Positions 61,301-64,000 of a stretch of 64,000 nucleotides of DNA are shown one piece after another. This DNA comes from Leucoraja erinacea (taxonomy: Eukaryota). Under the pieces are notes generated by a model. The model made no database searches. It worked only from the letters and a program-made list of their open reading frames with translations, and was not told the origin of the DNA. The stretch's first letter is position 1. Every line of letters starts with the position of its first letter. A program made the translations under genes and the position numbers. The stretch covers positions 12,648,001-12,712,000 of the forward strand of contig NC_073405.1 of the NCBI RefSeq assembly GCF_028641065.1, given 5' to 3'.

Positions 61301-63569
61301 CATCCTCATAGCATCCTCTTCACAACTCACACTGCTACTCAGCTTTGTGCCAACTGCAAATTTGCTAATGTTACTTAATTCTATCTATATCATTGACATG
61401 TACTGTTAATAGCTGCGGGTCCCAGCACTGAGTCTTGTGCCACCCCACCAGTCACTACCTGCCATTCTGAAAGGGAACCATTAATTCCTACTCTGTTTCC
61501 TGTCAGCCAACCAATATTCGATCCATGTCAATACCATACCCCCAATACCATTTGCTCTAATTTTGCCCACTGATCTCCTGTGTTGAACCTTGTCAAAGGC
61601 TTTCTGAAAGTCCAGATATACTCCATCCACTGGCTCTCCCTTATCCATTTTACATGTTACATCCTCAAAAAAATTCCAGAAGATTAGTCAAGCAAGATTT
61701 CCCCTTCATAAATCCATGCTGACTTGGACTGATCCTGTTACTGCTATCCAAATACTATCACTTCTTTAATAATTGACTCCAGCATCTTCCCCACCACCGA
61801 TGTCAGGCTAACTGATCTATAATTCCCTGCTTTCTCTCTCCTTCCATTCTTAAAAAGTGAGATAACATTAGCTACCCTCCAATCCACAGGAACTGATCCT
61901 GAATCTGTAGATCATTGGAACTGAACCAGAATCTATAGACCTCTAGAAATGAGTCCACAATTTCTAGTGCCACCTCCTCGAGTATCCTGGGATGCAGACC
62001 ATCAGGCCCTGGGGATTTATCAGCCTTCAGTCCCATCAATCTACCCAACACCATTTCCTGACTAATGTGAATTTCCTTCAGTTCCTCTGTCACCCTGGAT
62101 CCTCTGTCCCCTGGTACAGCTGGGAGATTGTTTGTGTCTTCCTTAGTGAAGACAGAACCAAAGTACCTGTTTAACTTGTCTGCCATTTCCATGTTCCCCA
62201 TAATAAATTCACCTTTTTCTGTCTTCAAGGGACTCACATTTGTCTTAACTAATTTTTTCCTCTTCTTCCTCCATAACCTGGAGCACATGTTGTTTGCCAC
62301 CCTCCTGTGGTGATCCACTAGTCTGGTTTGCTCGACTGTGAATTGAATGTATTTTTCACCTATAGCATACGACATCTATATTCAGCTCTTTAATGGGTTA
62401 TAAATAGCATTAATGTATTTTAGGCATATTTTTTAAATTATGAAATAGCAACTTTAAAAAGGAATTTAGGAAGGAGGAAACCAAAGCAGGAAGTGGAATT
62501 TGAAAAAGTAATATGTGTAAAAATAACCAAAAGAAAAAGATAGGCAGCCAATAAAGTCAAAGGACAGAACAAAGTTAAAGAGGCAACATTCAATTCTGCT
62601 TAGGTTGCTTACAACCCAACAATGGGAACATTGAATTCTTCAATATTCGGTAACAGCCCCCCTTTTCCCCCCCTCTCTTTCATGTGCCCCCCCCCACCCA
62701 CTATCCCACCGCCTATATTCCTGCCTCTGGCTTTACATTTCACTCCTCTACTTATCTGACACCCCTTTGTCTCCTTTGCACCTCTAGCTTTTGGCCATCC
62801 ATCTGTCAATCACTTGCCCCTGCCCCTTCACCTGTATACACCCATCAATTGCCAGGCTTTGTTCTGTCCCCACCTCTTTTCCAGCTATCTTCCCCCCCAC
62901 CCCTCCCCACAATCAGTTTGAAGAAGGATTTCAACCTGAAACATTGCCTGTCCATGTCTTCCAGGGACGTTGCCTGACCCACTGAGAGGTGCTTAAAAGG
63001 ATTTTAGATAGGCACATGGATTTACAGTGTATGGAGAGATAGATCACGTGCTGCTGGCAGATTAGTTTATCTTGGCGTCATGTTCGACACAGATATTGTG
63101 CACCAGAGAGCCTGTGCTGTACTGTTCCATGTTCTAATTGGGGAATTAGTAATTTATTTCCCAGCATCTTTCCCAATGTTTGTGCAAGTTGCAATGATAA
63201 AGCAAAGCCTATGTTAAAAAGCAAATGAAACAGGTTACCAGTAAAACAGCATTGCTTATTTCATGTTTTTCATCCTAGCTACATCTCAACAACCAGGTCA
63301 GAAATCTCTGTGCTTTGATGTGTCTGTTATCATCACCAACCTACCATTCAGTTCAGTTCTACTTGACCCAACCTCGCCGTTGTATCAGTCGGCTTCAGCC
63401 CTGGTCATTTATCAGGTACCCCTAAATACAATTAAATAATCTTTATTAAAATAATTTAACTAATGTGATAATAATTATTAACAAGTCTATATTTCTTTCA
63501 GCTCAATGCCATCTTCCGTGACAGCAAAATAAGTGCTCAATTTTCAGAATGTACAAACATCCTCTTAAG
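6..63569 (+). CDS. MUC16: Internal part of a mucin-16-like gene with tandem SEA domains (97 exons, ~3,100 codons in window, both ends outside the window)
   Basis: The spliced repeat ...YNVTFIVDNL.../LTDLFENSSVNATFLKCDVKSF/REEMVNSTRVTAECLF...INREDVYDEFNEMTKDISSLGPYELQSNSLYVD matches the MUC16 SEA repeat pattern (NFTITNL; LF.N.S....CR...LR; T.V.A.C; DRE.LY.E....T..I..LGPY.L...SLYVNG) including the two-Cys loop. Intron phases 1/1/0/2 recur in every module. Strict orthology to MUC16 is inference. Confidence 0.85.
484..860 (-). mobile_element. Penelope-like 3'/pLTR remnant in the A-B intron (repeated in modules 1-9, 19, 20)
   Basis: acaaagtgctagagtaactcagcggatcaggcagcatc...gggtgacatttcagctcaaaatccttcttcagac followed by a purine-rich tract; same family as the element at 62570-62985, in the opposite orientation. 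Confidence 0.65.
1520..2110 (-). mobile_element. Penelope-like remnant in the D-A intron (repeated in modules 1-6)
   Basis: Same pLTR-type terminus. The minus strand reads ...MNNELFNF, resembling the GMNIEFSNF end of the GIY-YIG ORF. Confidence 0.6.
2247..3607 (+). CDS. SEA module 2 (family A)
   Basis: Exons 2247-2416, 3136-3162, 3326-3447, 3540-3607. Confidence 0.9.
4492..5842 (+). CDS. SEA module 3 (family A)
   Basis: Exons 4492-4661, 5371-5397, 5561-5682, 5775-5842. Confidence 0.9.
6726..8079 (+). CDS. SEA module 4 (family A)
   Basis: Exons 6726-6895, 7608-7634, 7798-7919, 8012-8079. Confidence 0.9.
8963..10316 (+). CDS. SEA module 5 (family A)
   Basis: Exons 8963-9132, 9845-9871, 10035-10156, 10249-10316. 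Confidence 0.9.
11200..12552 (+). CDS. SEA module 6 (family A)
   Basis: Exons 11200-11369, 12080-12106, 12270-12391, 12485-12552. Confidence 0.9.
13436..14821 (+). CDS. SEA module 7 (family A', canonical exon C acceptor mutated)
   Basis: Exons 13436-13605, 14347-14373, 14543-14658 (using a downstream in-frame AG because CCACAG became CCACAC at 14531-14536), 14754-14821. Confidence 0.8.
15752..17115 (+). CDS. SEA module 8 (family A')
   Basis: Exons 15752-15921, 16641-16667, 16831-16952, 17048-17115. Confidence 0.9.
18061..20385 (+). CDS. SEA module 9 (transitional, five exons)
   Basis: Exons 18061-18230, 18960-18986, 19475-19525 (extra), 20100-20221, 20318-20385. Confidence 0.85.
19475..19525 (+). 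CDS. Extra 51-nt linker exon (EPQIVPEQNNPNNQENP)
   Basis: Acceptor atttttctttacAG, donor CAG|GTAATT, symmetric phase 1-1, open in the frame set by the flanking exons. Confidence 0.7.
21069..23658 (+). CDS. SEA module 10 (first module with family B microexon, C and D)
   Basis: Exons 21069-21238, 22914-22940 (GYTVQPIAT), 23378-23496, 23591-23658. Confidence 0.88.
21410..22750 (+). mobile_element. Degenerate CR1-clade LINE, RT and 3' end
   Basis: KSSGPD, YRPVSLT, QHGF, SGVAQGLLLGLLLFVIHINDF, FTQRVVSVWNELP motifs with stops and frameshifts. Confidence 0.85.
23890..24730 (-). mobile_element. Penelope-like remnant: RT thumb, linker, GIY-YIG end and pLTR (also ~26600-27440, 29315-30155, 41490-42400; shortened in modules 13-17; related at ~14975-15610 and 17270-17920)
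   Basis: Minus-strand peptides HSRASE.CPFLSKHG, WNKDRVPLVLSFH and SVLGLIHCQSEATLKLEEQHL...MNNESSN are typical of the C-terminal part of a Penelope ORF. Confidence 0.75.
24866..26368 (+). CDS. SEA module 11 (family B)
   Basis: Exons 24866-25035, 25613-25639, 26086-26204, 26301-26368; 384 nt = 128 aa. Confidence 0.9.
25165..25450 (+). mobile_element. CR1 3' fragment carried in each family B unit (modules 11-18)
   Basis: RTRGHGFKV...FTQRVVSVWNEL.EEVVE.GTIATFKTKFDRY. Confidence 0.8.
27582..29083 (+). CDS. SEA module 12 (family B)
   Basis: Exons 27582-27751, 28328-28354, 28801-28919, 29016-29083. Confidence 0.9.
30297..31803 (+). CDS. SEA module 13 (family B)
   Basis: Exons 30297-30466, 31048-31074, 31521-31639, 31736-31803. 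Confidence 0.9.
32192..33694 (+). CDS. SEA module 14 (family B)
   Basis: Exons 32192-32361, 32940-32966, 33413-33531, 33627-33694. Confidence 0.9.
34083..35589 (+). CDS. SEA module 15 (family B)
   Basis: Exons 34083-34252, 34834-34860, 35307-35425, 35522-35589. Confidence 0.9.
35980..37482 (+). CDS. SEA module 16 (family B, exon A acceptor reads GG)
   Basis: Exons 35980-36149 (preceded by CGCGG instead of CGCAG), 36727-36753, 37200-37318, 37415-37482. Confidence 0.75.
37871..39375 (+). CDS. SEA module 17 (family B)
   Basis: Exons 37871-38040, 38620-38646, 39093-39211, 39308-39375. Confidence 0.9.
39764..41262 (+). CDS. SEA module 18 (family B)
   Basis: Exons 39764-39933, 40507-40533, 40980-41098, 41195-41262. 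Confidence 0.9.
42537..44026 (+). CDS. SEA module 19 (A/B mosaic)
   Basis: Exons 42537-42706, 43464-43490 (DFNIQPNVN), 43748-43863, 43959-44026. Confidence 0.88.
44876..47568 (+). CDS. SEA module 20 (junction to the diverged repeats)
   Basis: Exons 44876-45045, 46315-46341 (DYSESPSRN), 47285-47415 (AAG acceptor; FNVTFIVTNLPF...SPLYQSAS), 47501-47568. Confidence 0.85.
46598..46915 (-). mobile_element. CR1 3' fragment with (ACCATATA)n tail
   Basis: Minus ORF TRGHDFRV...NFFTRRVVAVWNELP...FKNKLDRHM; short tandem tail at ~46598-46621. Confidence 0.85.
48230..48770 (+). mobile_element. Degenerate Tx1/L1-clade ORF2 C-terminal fragment
   Basis: VSHLLVD.MFA...SAGNLLVFQEL...CCLLARSKVRE*..RDALK resembles the Cys-rich tail of Tx1-type ORF2 (recognised from memory). 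Confidence 0.55.
48940..49465 (+). mobile_element. CR1 3' fragment interrupted by an inverted-repeat Penelope-derived element (49009-49223)
   Basis: The LINE tail is split by a hairpin element; CAAATTTTAAA is duplicated at 48998-49008 and 49224-49234. Confidence 0.75.
49590..50410 (+). mobile_element. GC/CpG-rich interspersed element with a LINE-like 3' tail
   Basis: Sharp GC/CpG rise in an AT-rich intron; ends ggtgcatgtggcAATAAAtgtgaacttgaa; absent from the paralogous intron 51976-52193. Confidence 0.5.
50550..51975 (+). CDS. SEA module 21 (diverged)
   Basis: Exons 50550-50713, 50984-51010 (DYNELTSPS), 51692-51822, 51908-51975. Confidence 0.87.
52194..54067 (+). CDS. SEA module 22 (diverged)
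   Basis: Exons 52194-52357, 52879-52905 (DYNESTPPS), 53782-53909, 54000-54067. Confidence 0.87.
52480..52812. mobile_element. Inverted-repeat Penelope-derived element spanning the assembly gap
   Basis: gaaataggtgacgtttcgggt lies before the gap and its reverse complement acccgaaacgtcacctatttc lies after it; absent from the paralogous intron 50714-50983. Confidence 0.7.
52543..52698. other. Assembly gap (156 N)
   Basis: Run of N. Confidence 1.
54125..54285 (+). mobile_element. Short CR1 3' fragment
   Basis: RTREHGFKM...IFTQRTVGIWNELPEEVV. Confidence 0.75.
54482..55519 (+). CDS. SEA module 23 (diverged)
   Basis: Exons 54482-54651 (TGVYAIC...LGQYLLDPNSLYVN), 54940-54966 (GYHKSNEPK), 55239-55372, 55452-55519. 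Confidence 0.87.
55791..56017. mobile_element. Hairpin (inverted pLTR) Penelope-derived element
   Basis: Arms ~55790-55885 and ~55888-55983 are near-perfect reverse complements; a ~16-bp direct repeat flanks them (55777-55792 and 56018-56033). Confidence 0.8.
56050..57130 (+). mobile_element. Penelope-like 3' remnant with a nested 5'-truncated CR1 LINE (56433-57057)
   Basis: Pyrimidine-rich tract and pLTR broken at gatgttGCCT|...|GCCTgacctgct. The insert encodes [30 protein letters not shown].WSP and the LINE tail. Confidence 0.8.
57156..63569 (+). CDS. SEA module 24 (diverged, TE-expanded introns)
   Basis: Exons 57156-57322, 58706-58732 (DYHESAFPL), 63279-63415, 63502-63569. Confidence 0.83.
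57926..58035 (+). mobile_element. ~110-bp solo pLTR-type element with an 11-bp TSD
   Basis: ATCCCTTGTGG at 57915-57925 and 58036-58046; contains CTGAAGAaggatctcgacccGAAAtgtc. Confidence 0.75.
58875..59660 (-). mobile_element. Cluster of CR1 3' fragments
   Basis: agaaacatagaaaatag tail; minus ORF KTRRHRLKM...FFTRMVVRTWNELPEE. Confidence 0.75.
60465..62265 (-). mobile_element. Degenerate CR1-clade LINE ORF2 (RT) and 3' tail
   Basis: LNRYFGSVFTKED...[40 protein letters not shown]; internal deletions and stops. Confidence 0.9.
62570..62985 (+). mobile_element. Penelope-like 3' end (GIY-YIG tail, pyrimidine tract, pLTR)
   Basis: FCLGCLQPNNGNIEFFNIR* followed by a C/T-rich tract and cagtttgaagaaggatttcaacctgaaacattgcc...gcctgacccactgag. 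Confidence 0.7.
62986..63135 (+). mobile_element. LINE 3' tail fragment
   Basis: Similar to the tail at 49330-49460 (ttagataggcacatg...agattagttt..cttggc). Confidence 0.55.
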
Positions 63570-63777
63570 GTAAGAATCCTTTATTAGCTTTTATAGATTT
63601 GCTTACAAATTGGGGACTTTGTAGACTTCTATTCATCTATACTATGAGTGCCTGATTTAGCACTAATACATAATGGTGCCTTAGTATCAATATGATTGAC
63701 AACAGGTTTAAATTATTCATCGGATTAGAATGACTATCTATTTAGTATTGCTCTCGTTTCTCCATGTTATGATTCAT

Positions 63778-63990
63778 TCCATGGAATTCTTTGCCACAGA
63801 AGGCTGTGGAGGTCAAGTCAATTAATATTTTTAAGGCAGAGATAGATAGTTGTTTGATTAGTATGGTTGTCAGGGTTATTGGGAGAAGGTAGGAGAATGG
63901 GGTTAGAAGGGAGAGATAAATCAGCCATGATTGAATGGTGGAGTAGACATGTTAGGCCGTGTGGCCTAATTCTGTTCCTATTATTTATGA
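63778..63990 (+). mobile_element. CR1 3' tail fragment
   Basis: tggaattctttgccacagaaggctgtggagg...cagccatgattgaatgg...ggcctaattctgttcctat. Confidence 0.7.
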
Positions 63991-64000
63991 TTCCACCTTA

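Noticed and set aside
60465-62375. Active LINE
   Set aside because: It has stops, frameshifts and deletions, and lacks both the endonuclease and ORF1.

Overview
Eukaryotic genomic DNA, probably from a cartilaginous fish (inferred from the CR1/HER1-type LINE tails and Penelope-derived short elements). The whole window lies inside one large + strand gene encoding a MUC16 (CA125)-like tandem SEA-domain protein; neither end of the gene is in the window. Reading GT-AG sites by hand gives 24 consecutive four-exon modules: exon A (164-170 nt, C-terminal half of SEA), a 27-nt microexon B, exon C (116-137 nt) and exon D (68 nt). Module 9 has one extra 51-nt exon. Together that is 97 exons, about 9.3 kb or 3,100 codons in one frame, making 23 complete SEA domains and 2 half domains. 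Modules 1-8 form a ~2.24-2.3 kb tandem array (family A), modules 10-18 a ~2.7/1.9 kb array (family B), and modules 20-24 are older and diverged. Two modules have mutated splice acceptors. Introns hold CR1, Tx1-like and many Penelope-like remnants; several of the latter keep minimal hammerhead-ribozyme cores (CTGAAGA-stem-GAAACGTC) and have 11-16 bp target-site duplications. Most ORFs in the supplied track are exon read-throughs or TE debris. All coordinates were read by eye and nothing was computed or searched.
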